Of a stretch of 64,000 nucleotides of DNA, positions 9,339 to 19,855 are shown one piece after another (positions within the stretch are counted from its first letter, which is position 1; each line of letters begins with the position of its first letter). The position numbers and the translations under genes are program-made. This DNA comes from a bacterium (lineage in GTDB: Bacteria > UBA8248): the NCBI GenBank assembly GCA_965261085.1, contig OZ253442.1, positions 3,232,001 to 3,296,000 of the forward strand, given 5' to 3'. The notes beneath the pieces were generated by a model. That model did no database searches. It was not told where the DNA came from and saw only the letters and a list, made by a program, of their open reading frames with translations.

Positions 9339-10874
9339 CTACTTCTTCACGACGATCTCCCAGGGGTGGAGTTGCTCGTCGTGACGGGCGGTGAACTCGA
9401 TCCGCTTGTTGACGCCGAAGATGTCGTGGAGCCGGTAAAGGGGCTTGTGGGTAGCCAGCTCCTTCATCATGTCGGAAACCTTCTCGAAGGCAGCTTGCTG
9501 CTTCTTCAGGTCCTCGGTCGCGAGCGCCTTGTCGATTGCCTCGTCGAGCTCCTTGAAGCAGGCGCCGCTCCAGGCCCCCCGGCAACTGGTGGTGCCGCGG
9601 AGGATGGTGCTGTTCTCGCCGCTCGAGTTCCCGAAGGAGAGGAAGTACATGGCGGGCGTCTTGTTCTTCCCCTTGACGTATGTGTTGAAGCTCCTGCGGT
9701 AGAGAGCGAAAGGCTGCGCGAGGCATCGGGTATTGATCTTGACCTTCGAGAGCATCGAGGCCGCGGCTTCGCAACTCTCCTTGTCGAAGGGAGAGTTTCC
9801 GTGCGGGCTGATGAGGTCAGCTTGAAAGCCCTTCTCGTATCCTGCTTCCTTCATGAGCTGCCGGGCCTTCGCGAGATTGAAGCCGTACCACCGCTTCTTC
9901 GGGTTGTAGCCAAACTGGGTCCAGGGATGGAAAATTTGGTGGGCCGGCTCGGCGTAGCCCTCAAGGAAGGTCTTGTACATCGACTCGGCGTTCAGGGCAT
10001 AGTTCGCGGCCTTGCGCACCCGAACGTCCGCGAAGGCCCCCCCGTGCGTGGTGAAGAAGCCGATGTAGGCGATTCGCACGGAGGACTTGGAGGATACGTA
10101 CAGCTTGGGGTCCTTCTCGATTTCTGGGATGAAGTGGGGGAGCACCTTATGGGAAATGTCTATCTCGCCCGCCTGAAGAGCCTTCACGCGCGTGGTGGCC
10201 TCCACGATGGGGCGCAAGATGACCCGCTGCGGCCGGTTGGGGAACCTGTCGTGCGCCCACCAGGTGTCGTTTGCCTCAAACTCGAATCGCTGGCCTTTGG
10301 TCCAGCGTTTTAGGATGTAGGGGCCACCGGCGATGAGATCGCGGGAGATCTCGGGCAGGCTCCTGCCCTTGTTCTTCAGGGAGATGGCGTGGCCCCAGGT
10401 CGTGAGGCGCGGGATGAGGCCGTTGTCGGGCACCTTCATGCGGAAGACGAACTCGCGCTCGTTGAGAATGTCGATCCCGCCGAAGTCCTTCCAGTAGGAC
10501 CGTTGATAGCTCCTGTTGGCGGGGTCCACGATCCGCTCGATGGAGTATTTGATGGCTGCGGAGTCGATCGGCGTGCCGTCCCGGAACTTCATGCCCTTTC
10601 GGAGGGTGAATTTTACCCGCTTCGAATCCAGCCGTTCATACTTCTCGGCCAGCCAGGGGATGATTTTCCCCGTTTTAGTGTCGGAGATGACGAGCTTGTC
10701 CGCGTGCCAAGGCCAAACCATGGCCCCGATGAAGCTGGAGTAGACGTGGGGGTCCATGGTCTCCGGCTCGCCGTTAATAGCGATGGTGATGGTACCCCGA
10801 GCAGCCTGGGCCGGAGTGAGGGAGATGAGCACGGCGGCCACTAGTGAAGCGATTGCGAGCAAGGATTTGCGCAT
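9339..10874 (-). CDS. Peptide/nickel ABC substrate-binding protein (family 5, DppA/OppA-like)
   Basis: Signal peptide AQA; EPETMDP, PWLAE, FTLRKGMKFRDG, GPYIL, DVRVRKAANYALN. Confidence 0.9.
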   Translation of the reverse strand: MRKSLLAIASLVAAVLISLTPAQAARGTITIAINGEPETMDPHVYSSFIGAMVWPWHADKLVISDTKTGKIIPWLAEKYERLDSKRVKFTLRKGMKFRDGTPIDSAAIKYSIERIVDPANRSYQRSYWKDFGGIDILNEREFVFRMKVPDNGLIPRLTTWGHAISLKNKGRSLPEISRDLIAGGPYILKRWTKGQRFEFEANDTWWAHDRFPNRPQRVILRPIVEATTRVKALQAGEIDISHKVLPHFIPEIEKDPKLYVSSKSSVRIAYIGFFTTHGGAFADVRVRKAANYALNAESMYKTFLEGYAEPAHQIFHPWTQFGYNPKKRWYGFNLAKARQLMKEAGYEKGFQADLISPHGNSPFDKESCEAAASMLSKVKINTRCLAQPFALYRRSFNTYVKGKNKTPAMYFLSFGNSSGENSTILRGTTSCRGAWSGACFKELDEAIDKALATEDLKKQQAAFEKVSDMMKELATHKPLYRLHDIFGVNKRIEFTARHDEQLHPWEIVVKK

Positions 10875-11108
10875 GGCTTTGTCCCTTTCTTTTTTCTTCT
10901 CCGCGGACTCACCCTCCCAATGGAGGGCTCTTCCGACGGTGTGAAGGCAACTCCTGAGATGAGAACCGCTGGCAGAATGTCCTTTTCATCTAGGGGAATT
11001 GCATGCGAACTTTCGTGGTGGCAACCCTCTCCTCGGCCTTTGAACGGAAGTTCCCCCCCGCCAGGGGCTCGGGCCTAGCCCATATCCTCCCGGGAAGGCA
11101 CGCTACCT

Positions 11109-11517
11109 AGTAGCGTTGCATAGAATGGGTTCCATAAGGAAATATATTATATAGGATCCCTTGCGTCAACCCTCTTTTGCTGATGTGCAAAAGAGGGTTG
11201 ACGCATTATGCGATAAAATGAAACAATCAATGTCTCTTCAAGTAGAGGAGGGGAAATGGCTACAGGATCGGAGGGACAGAAAAGACCTGGCGACGCGGTA
11301 GATTGCGCCGTTAAGGTAGCGAGGAACGCAACAGGTGAAATCACCGAGTCTCAACCCCCAGCCAGATAATCGCCCGCAAGGACGGCAAGGCGCGGTCAGA
11401 CAAATTCTCACCAGAAAGACGAAAAGAAATTGCGCAAATCGGAGCGAAGGTGCGCTGGAAGAAACGCAACGCGGCAGTTTGAAATTCCCTCATAAAATTT
11501 CAAGCTGAGACACTACC
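11109..11517. mobile_element. Deleted IS-derived (MITE-like) element carrying a frameshifted small accessory ORF
   Basis: Ends AGTAGCGTTGCATAG and TTCAAGCTGAGACACTACC (rc GGTAGTGTCTCAG...); internal perfect 19-bp inverted repeat 11162-11205; ORF relic 11256-11482 MATGSEGQKRPGDAVDCAVKVARNATGEI / GKARSDKFSPERRKEIAQIGAKVRW. Confidence 0.5.
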
Positions 11518-11577
11518 CAGCGATAAGCTCAGAAAACCAGGGATGTGGCGCCTTCGCGCGGCTCCGGAGGCGGCGCG

Positions 11578-11606
11578 TTGACGGGAGGGCTTGGATGGGG
11601 GAGAAT
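11578..11606 (+). promoter_or_regulatory. Putative sigma70 promoter for dppBC-like genes
   Basis: TTGACG-17 bp-GAGAAT about 85 bp upstream of the start codon. Confidence 0.35.
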
Positions 11607-11690
11607 TTGGGAAATTTCTCGAAATTGCGGAAGTTTTTAGCACTTCCACGAGTCCACGACAAGCGAACCGCGATCCACAGAGGCGAGTAG

Positions 11691-12632
11691 ATGCGCGTCT
11701 ATATCATGCGGCGATGCCTGCAGGCCATCATCGTCATGCAGATCGTCCTCTTCATCGTCTTCCTCATGCTGTATCTGACTGGGGACCCGGCGGCGTTGCT
11801 GATGCCGATCGACGCCGCGCAGGAGGACCTCGACCAGTTCCGCAAGATGATGGGCTTTGATCAGCCCTTCCACGTTCAGTACTACCGCTTCCTCTTCGGG
11901 CACGGCCGGACCCACGGGGTGCTGCGGGGCGACTTCGGCTTTTCCTTCCGCCACGAACTGCCCGCGATGGCCCTCGTGCTGCAGCATTTCCCGGCGACGC
12001 TCCAGCTTGCCTTCGCCTCGCTCTTCATCGCGCTGATCATCGGAATTCCGACCGGGTTGCTCTCAGCCACGTTCCGCGGGACATGGATCGATCACGTGAG
12101 CACCGTGGGTGGGACGATCGGCCAGTCGATGCCGGACTTCTGGCTGGGCCTGATGTTGATTATACTCTTCGCGGCGCGCCTCCGGTGGCTACCCACCTCG
12201 GGCTACGAGGGGCCCGAGTACATCGTTCTTCCAGCAATCACTGCGGGCACCTACGCCACGGCGCGGTTCATGCGCCTGATGCGCTCGGGTATGCTCGAGG
12301 TCCTGCGGATGGACTACATCCGCACAGCTCGGTCCAAGGGGGTGGATGAGACCCGCGTGGTCTTATACCACTCTCTCAAGAACGCCTCCATCCCGGCGGT
12401 GACGCTGGTGGGCCTCGAATTGGGGATCCTGCTCGGCGGAACCGTCGTCATCGAGACGGTCTTCGCCTGGCCCGGGGTGGGTTTCCTGGTGGTGGACGCA
12501 ATCAACCACCTGGACTACCCGGTGGTGCAGGCCGCGGTGACGCTCCTGGCTTTCCTGTTCGTTCTCGTGAACCTTGTGGTGGACATTCTCTACGCTTGGC
12601 TCGATCCCCGCATCTCCTACGCCAACGCCTAG
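11691..12632 (+). CDS. dppB: Peptide/nickel ABC permease (DppB-like)
   Basis: GDPA, GDFGFSF, SMPDFWLGL, DYIRTARSKG, ETVFAWPGVG, LDPRI. Confidence 0.88.
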   Translation: MRVYIMRRCLQAIIVMQIVLFIVFLMLYLTGDPAALLMPIDAAQEDLDQFRKMMGFDQPFHVQYYRFLFGHGRTHGVLRGDFGFSFRHELPAMALVLQHFPATLQLAFASLFIALIIGIPTGLLSATFRGTWIDHVSTVGGTIGQSMPDFWLGLMLIILFAARLRWLPTSGYEGPEYIVLPAITAGTYATARFMRLMRSGMLEVLRMDYIRTARSKGVDETRVVLYHSLKNASIPAVTLVGLELGILLGGTVVIETVFAWPGVGFLVVDAINHLDYPVVQAAVTLLAFLFVLVNLVVDILYAWLDPRISYANA

Positions 12633-12668
12633 CGGGGAGCGCCGGCGAAGAGGACCGGGAGGGAAGAC

Positions 12669-13601
12669 ATGGCACTGGATAAGGAGGCCGCGATGGCCAA
12701 CCCGGAGGGGGCGTCGGATATTGATGAGAGGGGGCCGTCGGATTTTCGCTTGGCCATGCGCGAGCTTGGCCGCAGGCCCCCCGCCATCTTCGGTCTCATC
12801 TGCGTGGTCATTGTGATATTCTGGGCGCTCGTTCCGCAGCTCTCCTCCCCGCTGGACCCCGTGGACCAGAACCTGGCGCGCTATTTGAAGCCGCCCGGCT
12901 TCACGGACGCCGCGGGAAACGTCTATTGGTTCGGCACCGACCAGCAGGGGCGCGACATCCTCAGCCGCGTCATCTGGGGCTCGCGCATCTCCCTCTTCGT
13001 GGGGTTGACCACCGTGGTTCTGAGCGGGGCAATCGGGATCACGCTGGGGCTCATCGCGGGCTACTTCGGGGGGTTCATAGACACCGTGATCAACCGCTTC
13101 GTTGACACCGCCCTGGCCATCCCCTTCATCCTGCTGGCCATGACCATCGTCGCGATCCTGGGGCCGAGCCTCCAGAACGTCATCCTCGCCATCGCGCTCA
13201 GAACCTGGGTCGTCTACGCGCGGGTGGTCCGGGGGGAGGTGCTCTCCCTCAAAGAGAACGATTACGTGATGGCGGCCAAGGCGGTCGCCTGCCCGACGTG
13301 GCGGATACTCGCACTGTACCTGCTGCCGAACGTTATGTCCTCCTCCATCGTGATCGCCACCCTCTACCTCGGCCGGATGATCATCATCGAATCAGCCCTG
13401 TCCTTCCTGGGGCTCGGCGTTCCGCCGCCGACGCCGACCTGGGGCGGCATGCTCTCCGACGGGCGGGTGTTCCTGGAGAGGGCCTGGTGGGTCGCCTTCT
13501 TCCCCGGCTTCACCCTCATGCTGACCGTTCTGGGCGTGAATCTCCTGGGGGATTGGTTGCGCGATGTGCTCGACCCGCGACTCAAGCGGCTGGTGGACTA
13601 G
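12669..13601 (+). CDS. dppC: Peptide/nickel ABC permease (DppC-like)
   Basis: FGTDQQGRDILSRVIWGSRISL, ESALSFLGLG..PP.PTWGGML, GDWLRDVLDPR. Confidence 0.88.
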   Translation: MALDKEAAMANPEGASDIDERGPSDFRLAMRELGRRPPAIFGLICVVIVIFWALVPQLSSPLDPVDQNLARYLKPPGFTDAAGNVYWFGTDQQGRDILSRVIWGSRISLFVGLTTVVLSGAIGITLGLIAGYFGGFIDTVINRFVDTALAIPFILLAMTIVAILGPSLQNVILAIALRTWVVYARVVRGEVLSLKENDYVMAAKAVACPTWRILALYLLPNVMSSSIVIATLYLGRMIIIESALSFLGLGVPPPTPTWGGMLSDGRVFLERAWWVAFFPGFTLMLTVLGVNLLGDWLRDVLDPRLKRLVD

Positions 13602-13974
13602 ACTTCGCGGAGAAAATGGAAGCAAGTCCTCAATCGGTAAAATCAACCTGCCTGTTGCGAACCGGACTTAGGAGGACGGTGCGACAGGGACACGTAGGTC
13701 TTTGCGGGCGTTTGAATTTCCTTGTTTCCATTTTGATTACAGACTGCGGAAGGCGGACTCCGAACGGGATTGAGGAGAGTGAATATTTCCCAATGACACC
13801 AATATGATAAATGGATCTCACGGCCGATAAAAACCCGCCTCCGTCTCTAAGCGGGCGAAAGGAGGTCTGGGCATTCTTGGGAAATAGATATCGATAGGAG
13901 CAAGTCATGCACTAATTGCTGTATACGTTGTCCTACTAGCGGGCTGGTTCATCGCCAAAATGTCCGATAAGAAT

Positions 13975-14172
13975 TTAGATACCATCAACCTCAGGCTCCA
14001 CCGGTGGTTCGTAAAACTGGAAATCCGTCGCATCGAGGTCATCCACATTGACATTTTCGAGTCGGATTGCGCCTCCGTCCTGATCGGTGAGGTTGATGAC
14101 GGCTGTGGTCCCATCTGCCGTGATCGTCAAATCCTCGAAGCTGGTGATGTTCGTGATCGCGGTGAGATCGAG
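13975..14172 (-). pseudogene. Orphan C-terminal domain of an RTX-type secreted protein
   Basis: Manual translation LDLTAITNITSFEDLTITADGTTAVINLTDQDGGAIRLENVNVDDLDATDFQFYEPPVEPEVDGI* aligns with the C-termini of the RTX genes at 52516 and 53457; no start codon. Confidence 0.8.
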
Positions 14173-14230
14173 GCGGAAGCCCTCATCGATTCGGAACGGT
14201 TGCGGATTTCCCGAGAGCCGCCGGGAGCGC

Positions 14231-14623
14231 TCAGGCGGGCAGCGCGGCTATGCACTCGACCTCGGCGAGCCAGTCGGGGTCGATGAGGCGGGCCACCTGG
14301 ACATGGGAGTTGGCCGGGAGATGCTCCCCGAACATCTCCTGGCGGACTTCGTTCATCACCTTGCGATTGTCCAGATCCGCGCTGAAGACCGTGGTCTTGA
14401 CGACGTTTTCGAGCCCTGCGCCGGCTTCTTCGAGAATGGTCCGGATATTCGTGAGAATCTGGCGCATCTGCGCGGCCGGATCCCCTTTGCCCACCAGGTT
14501 TCCCTCGCCGTCCACGGAGACGCAGCCGCTCACGAAGACTAGTGAGCCGCCGGTCACCTGGATGGCCTGATTGTAGACGCCGAGATTCCTGATCTCGGGT
14601 GAATTGATGATCTTGACGGTCAT
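14231..14623 (-). CDS. RidA/YjgF family protein
   Basis: YNQAI, VFVSG, AQMRQILTNI, NVVKTTVF, PANSHVQVARL, EVECIA; start moved to MTVKI. Confidence 0.88.
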   Translation of the reverse strand: MTVKIINSPEIRNLGVYNQAIQVTGGSLVFVSGCVSVDGEGNLVGKGDPAAQMRQILTNIRTILEEAGAGLENVVKTTVFSADLDNRKVMNEVRQEMFGEHLPANSHVQVARLIDPDWLAEVECIAALPA

Positions 14624-14833
14624 GTGCTTTTCCCTTTCCCAAATAAAGGAACGCGATTTTGTGAAGCAACCCGCCAATCGTTCCATGCGCCGCCGTCCAG
14701 TATTCGAAACAACAAGACTATAGAAGAAGCGTATCCTATGACGATAGCCACGAGCCAGGCGGTTACGTGCTCCTATGTTGTCGAGGGCCCGGACGTTCCG
14801 GCTCTCTTACCGCGCCGGAAAGTCCGGATGACG

Positions 14834-15598
14834 TTATATCATCGCCGCCCCACCGTTCACGTCGAGGGTGACGCCTGTGATGTAGCCGGCCTCCCGGCTG
14901 CACAGGAATATGACAGCCGCCGCGACCTCTTCGGGTTGGCACAAGCGGCCGATGGGCGTCACTTCTTCGATATGCCGAATGCGTTCGGGTTTGCGTATGG
15001 CCATGGTGCTCGGGGTGGCCACGTTGGCGGGCGCGATCGCGTTTACGGTGATGCCGTGGGGACCTAGTTCGCCCGCCACTTGACGCGCAAGGCCGAGAAC
15101 GCCGGCTTTCGCCGCGGTGTAGTGTGGCGGGTTCGGGTTGACCGCGCTGCGGGCGGCCAAGCTGGAAAAGCAGACGATGCGGCCGTAGCGCGCCTCGATC
15201 ATGTAAGGCGCGACCGCCTTCAGCAGAATGAACATCGATTTCAGGTTGCTCGCCACCATCGGATCCCACGTCTCCAGTGGACAGTCGAGAAGGCCGACGA
15301 ATTCCGGGAATCCGCCGGCCACGTGCGCGAGCACGTCGATACGCCCATGCCGGTTGTAGGCCGCCTCAACGGCGGAGCGGGTGGTATTCCAATCGGTGAG
15401 ATCCACCTGGAAAGCCTGCGCGTCTCCTCCTCCCTCTCGAATGTCGGCGGCGACGTTCTCCGCTCCCTCGCCGTTGATGTCGAGGATGGCGACGGAAGCG
15501 CCCCGCTCGGCGAATAAGCGCGCGCTCGCCTCCCCCATCCCTGTCGCTCCGCCGGTCACGATGACGTCCTGCCCTTCAAAGCTCAGGAATGAATCCAT
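14834..15598 (-). CDS. SDR family oxidoreductase (FabG-like)
   Basis: TGGATGMG, YTAAK catalytic motif, VNAIAP, VNGG; start MDSFL after GAGGGGGG. Confidence 0.88.
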   Translation of the reverse strand: MDSFLSFEGQDVIVTGGATGMGEASARLFAERGASVAILDINGEGAENVAADIREGGGDAQAFQVDLTDWNTTRSAVEAAYNRHGRIDVLAHVAGGFPEFVGLLDCPLETWDPMVASNLKSMFILLKAVAPYMIEARYGRIVCFSSLAARSAVNPNPPHYTAAKAGVLGLARQVAGELGPHGITVNAIAPANVATPSTMAIRKPERIRHIEEVTPIGRLCQPEEVAAAVIFLCSREAGYITGVTLDVNGGAAMI

Positions 15599-15929
15599 GC
15601 TATCCCCCCCTCGGTGAAACGCCTTCCTAAATGGAATCGAATGCCGTCGGGCCAAGCCTTCATTATTGCTCCGGCTCTCCGGCTGAAGAAAGGTTTACCC
15701 AGCGATGTATCGCACGCGCCGCCCGAGTGAAGCCGCAGACCGCAATTGCCTGAAAAACAAGGGTATCCCCATTCGCCCCGGAGCCGAGGCGGCACTGCTC
15801 CTCCCATTCTAGCGGATTTCTCCAATCGATGGATATGATATACTAGGGTCCACACGAAATTTATTATGCTCATCCGAATTGCTGAAGCCGTCTTATCACA
15901 CGGGGCGCGAAGCTTGAGGGGAGGAGAGC

Positions 15930-16685
15930 ATGCGGGGGAAACAATGGTCGGGGATGCTCTCCGCCTTGGGATTTTCGCTCTTCATCTGCGCCTGGTGGAT
16001 AGTGGCGGAGTTCTCCCATCCCCTCTTTGTTCCCTCACCCTGGCTCACCGTCATGACGGCCATCGAGCTGGCGCGCACGGGCTTTCTCCAAGAATCCATC
16101 CTGATGAGCCTGGGCCGGATCATGGGCGGCTGGCTTCTGGGGTGCGCGTTGGGAATTCCCTTGGGCCTGCTCATGGGCTGGCTGCCCGGCGTTCGCGCCT
16201 TCGCCACCCCCTACATCCAGGGATTGCGCTACATTCCGCCCATCTCGTTCGTGGGCATCTTCATCGTCTGGTTCGGGCTGGGTGAAGCCTCGAAAATCAT
16301 GCTCGTTTTCTACACCTCGTTTTTCGTGAGCGTGATCAACACCATGGCCGGAACTTTGAGCGCACCCCCGGGGGTCCTGCGCGCCGCCCGAAGCCTGGGA
16401 GCGACGGAAACCCAAGTCCTGCTCCAGGTGGTCGTGCCCGAAACGGCGCCCTACATCGTGACGGGCATGCGGATGGCCATGGGAAACGCGTTCATCGTAA
16501 TCGCGGCGGCGGAGATGCTTGCCGCTCGTTCCGGAATGGGATACCTTATTTGGTCTGCAAGAAATTTTATGCTGACCGATCAGGTTTTTGTCGGTTTCCT
16601 AGGTCTGGGCCTCTTGGGGCTGGCCATTGATCGGGTGTTCCGGTTCCTCGCCTACCGGTTCCTCTCCCACTATCGGGTGGTGTGA
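15930..16685 (+). CDS. Nitrate/sulfonate-type ABC permease
   Basis: RYIPPISF, WFGLGEASKI, AARSLGAT, AAEMLAARSGMGYLI. Confidence 0.88.
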   Translation: MRGKQWSGMLSALGFSLFICAWWIVAEFSHPLFVPSPWLTVMTAIELARTGFLQESILMSLGRIMGGWLLGCALGIPLGLLMGWLPGVRAFATPYIQGLRYIPPISFVGIFIVWFGLGEASKIMLVFYTSFFVSVINTMAGTLSAPPGVLRAARSLGATETQVLLQVVVPETAPYIVTGMRMAMGNAFIVIAAAEMLAARSGMGYLIWSARNFMLTDQVFVGFLGLGLLGLAIDRVFRFLAYRFLSHYRVV

Positions 16686-16880
16686 ACCGTATCAGCGGCC
16701 GGTCTGGATGAAAGGGCTAAGAATGATTTCATTCCGAAACCCTTCCGCACTTCGCTCACAAGTTAGGTCCGGGTTTTCGATTCCGCTCATCTCCAGCACC
16801 GGCGCAAACGGATGCGCCGGATCTCAATTGCGATGCGTTGCCTCATGGAACTTCACCCTGTGAAAAGAGGAGGATGACCT

Positions 16881-17879
16881 ATGAAGCGTGAAAGAAACTG
16901 GATACGGGGAATTGTCGGAATTGCCGTGTTGGCGTTCTTCCTTGCGGTCGGTCTCGAGCCGGCGGGGGCGGCCGACGATGGGGTGGTTCGCTTTTCGAGC
17001 GAGCCCACTTCGTTGGGGATACCCTACTGGCTGGCCGAGGACAAGGGGATTTTCAAGAAGCACGGACTCAAGACCACCAACACCATGGGCCACACCGCTT
17101 TGGTGGGTCTGCGGGCCATCGGCAGCGGCCAATTAGACATCTCCTTTCAGAGCGATCCGCCCACTATCTCGAACATCGCCAAGGGGATCGACGCCATCAT
17201 CGTGGCCGCGACGGCGCAGGGCAACCAGAGCATGAAGCTGGTGGCCAAAAAGTCGATCAAGAGCCCCCGGGACCTCATCGGAAAGAAAGTGACCTGGATG
17301 GGCGGAACCGGCGGAGAGTTCGGGTTCATCAAGTTCCTCGCAAACAGGGGCATCGACTACAAGAAGCTGGATCACGTCAACCTCCCCCCGCCCGAAGCCG
17401 CCCCCACCCTGGTGAAGGGCGCCGTGGAGGCCATGTGGTTCTGGGAACCCTGGCCGCGCAAGGTGATGCAGTTGAAGGGGGATGCCCTCCATATCCTGGC
17501 GGCAAGCAAGGCCAGCGACTACGAGCCCAACTTCCACTTGACGGTCCGCCGAGGTTTCGCCAAGGAGAAACCCAAAACCCTGAAGCGCTTCCTGCGGGCT
17601 CTGATCGAGGCGACGGATATGGCCAACGCGGATCCCGGAGCGGCGGCGGCCGTGTTCCAGAAGGTCACCCGCTCCAGCGCGGCGGACGCCAAGGCGGCGC
17701 TGAACGACTACAAACTGAAAATCTGGCTCGACAAGAGTTACTTCGATACCCTTCAGGAGGTTTCCGCGTTCAAGAAGAAGCTGGGCCACATCAAGCAGAT
17801 TCCGAACTGGAAGAGCATCATCGATCCGAGCTTCCTCCGGGCGGTGGACGCCTCCAGGGTGACGGACTTCCCGTACTAG
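16881..17879 (+). CDS. ABC substrate-binding protein, SsuA/NMT1-like
   Basis: GAGGAGG RBS; signal peptide; AEDKGIFKKHGL, DLIGKKV, WEPW. Confidence 0.85.
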   Translation: MKRERNWIRGIVGIAVLAFFLAVGLEPAGAADDGVVRFSSEPTSLGIPYWLAEDKGIFKKHGLKTTNTMGHTALVGLRAIGSGQLDISFQSDPPTISNIAKGIDAIIVAATAQGNQSMKLVAKKSIKSPRDLIGKKVTWMGGTGGEFGFIKFLANRGIDYKKLDHVNLPPPEAAPTLVKGAVEAMWFWEPWPRKVMQLKGDALHILAASKASDYEPNFHLTVRRGFAKEKPKTLKRFLRALIEATDMANADPGAAAAVFQKVTRSSAADAKAALNDYKLKIWLDKSYFDTLQEVSAFKKKLGHIKQIPNWKSIIDPSFLRAVDASRVTDFPY

Positions 17880-17889
17880 AACGAAGCGG

Positions 17890-18663
17890 GTGAAAGGGGG
17901 AAAGGGAAGTTTGAGGATCGAGGGAACCGTCGCGATTTACACCCTTTCTGTGGCCATTTTCCTGGTGGCCTGGTGGGGTTTTACCTTTGTGTATCCCCCG
18001 ATCTTCCTCCCTTCCCCCTTGGCCACCACGCTGAAAGCCATCGAAATCACGCGCACCGGCGAGTTGCCCTGGAATATCGTGATGAGCTTGTTCCGGGTTC
18101 TCTCGGGATGGGTGCTCGGGGGCGTCGTCGGTTCTTTTCTTGGCATCATCATGGGACGGCTCCCTTGGGTGCGGGCGCTCGTTCTTCCCGTTTTGGAATA
18201 CTTCCGCTTCGTCCCGCCCGTGACCCTGGTCACGTTGTTCATCATCTGGTTCGGCTTCGGAGAAGAATCGAAAATCGTCCTGATCTTCTACACGGTGGTT
18301 TTCATCGTGGTGGTGAACACTATGGCGGGGGCCGCCTCGGTGCGGGAGGGCGCCATCCGGGCCGCCCGAAGCCTCGGCGCCACCGGGACCCAAGTCCTTT
18401 TCCGGATCGTCGTCCCCGAGACGATTCCCTACATGGTCACCGGCTTGCAGTTGGCCCTCAGCAACGCCTTCATGACCATCGTGGCGGCGGAGATGCTTGC
18501 CGCGAAATCGGGGGTCGGCTTCATGATCTGGGACGCCCAGATCTATACCAAGACGGAGCGGATGTTCGTCGCCTTCGTCACACTCAGCTTGATGGGCTTC
18601 AGCTTGGATCGCTCCGTTCACGCCCTCTCCCGCCGCATGTTCGTCCACTACAGGGTGGTGTGA
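17890..18663 (+). CDS. Nitrate/sulfonate-type ABC permease (paralog of 15930 gene)
   Basis: RFVPPV, WFGFGEESKI, AARSLGAT; both permeases end HYRVV. Confidence 0.88.
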   Translation: MKGGKGSLRIEGTVAIYTLSVAIFLVAWWGFTFVYPPIFLPSPLATTLKAIEITRTGELPWNIVMSLFRVLSGWVLGGVVGSFLGIIMGRLPWVRALVLPVLEYFRFVPPVTLVTLFIIWFGFGEESKIVLIFYTVVFIVVVNTMAGAASVREGAIRAARSLGATGTQVLFRIVVPETIPYMVTGLQLALSNAFMTIVAAEMLAAKSGVGFMIWDAQIYTKTERMFVAFVTLSLMGFSLDRSVHALSRRMFVHYRVV

Positions 18664-18799
18664 TGCGGAAAGAGAAGAAGCGTTTCTTCGGAAAAGGCGG
18701 GGGAAGGAGGGTGGGGGCGTCGTATCCGAAATCCACATTGTCGCCGCTCGCAGCGCGTCGCGGGGCGCCTGAAGACGCTCGATTAGGAACCCTCCCCAA

Positions 18800-19603
18800 A
18801 TGACGGAAAAAGTTCGGCTCGAAAAAGTTACCAAAATCTTCGAAGACCCCAGAAAAGGACGGGAGACGGTGGCCCTGAAGGATGTCTCCTTCGGCATCGA
18901 AGACCGGGAGATCGTCGCCCTCCTGGGCCCGAGCGGGTGCGGCAAAACCACCATCTTGAACATCATCGCGGGGTTCATCCTGCCCTCCGAGGGGGAGGCG
19001 CTGCTCGAAGGGCGCCTCATCACAAAACCCGGCCCGGAGCGCGGCGTCGTTTTCCAGGAACACTTCCTGTTTCACTGGCTTACCGTGGAAGACAACATCG
19101 CCTTCGCGCTGAAGATCCGGGGAGTGCCCAGGAAGGAATTCCTGCCCCGCGCGCACGAATTCGTCAAGCTCGTGGGGCTCACGGGATTTGAGCGCCACCA
19201 CCCGGACGAGCTCTCGGGAGGGATGCGCCAGCGCGTCTCCATCGCCCGTGTTCTCATCAACAATCCAGAGATCCTCCTCATGGACGAGCCTTTCGCGGCT
19301 CTCGACGCCCAGACCCGTCTCCTCATGCAGGAGTGGTTGCTCAAGCTCTGGGAAGAGCACCAGATGAGCATGCTCTTCATCACCCACGATGTGGACGAAG
19401 CGATTTTGATGGCGGACCGAATCTTCGTGATGGGGGTGCAGCCGGGGAGAATCATCCAGGAGCTCAAAGTGCCTCTGCCGCGGCCGCGGGCGCGGACGAT
19501 GCTGACATCCCAGGCCTTCATGGAGACCAAGGCGGGGTGCCTGGACCTGATCGCAAAGGAGAGCATCAAGGTATTCGAGGGGGTATTCGAGTACGGGGGA
19601 TAG
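18800..19603 (+). CDS. Nitrate/sulfonate-type ABC ATP-binding protein
   Basis: GPSGCGKTT, LSGGMRQR, LMDEPFAALDAQTR, ITHDVDEA. Confidence 0.9.
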   Translation: MTEKVRLEKVTKIFEDPRKGRETVALKDVSFGIEDREIVALLGPSGCGKTTILNIIAGFILPSEGEALLEGRLITKPGPERGVVFQEHFLFHWLTVEDNIAFALKIRGVPRKEFLPRAHEFVKLVGLTGFERHHPDELSGGMRQRVSIARVLINNPEILLMDEPFAALDAQTRLLMQEWLLKLWEEHQMSMLFITHDVDEAILMADRIFVMGVQPGRIIQELKVPLPRPRARTMLTSQAFMETKAGCLDLIAKESIKVFEGVFEYGG

Positions 19604-19855
19604 CCCGACTCTTCTGAATCCATACTCCCCCCGGAGACAGGGAGACGCCCGATTTTTCCGCCGATCTGGATAAGGGCGTCGACGGCATGCGCTTCATGAC
19701 CTGTTTCGACCTTTTCGACGTCGATATCGACAAGTCGCTCGCGTTATCTCGTTCTGTTTTTTCTTCGGCGCGAATGGCGTGTTTACCCGGCTTCGCGCGC
19801 GGGATTGCCCCGGCAAGCGGGCGCACCGCCACGAGACCCCTCTTACGGGTAAGGC

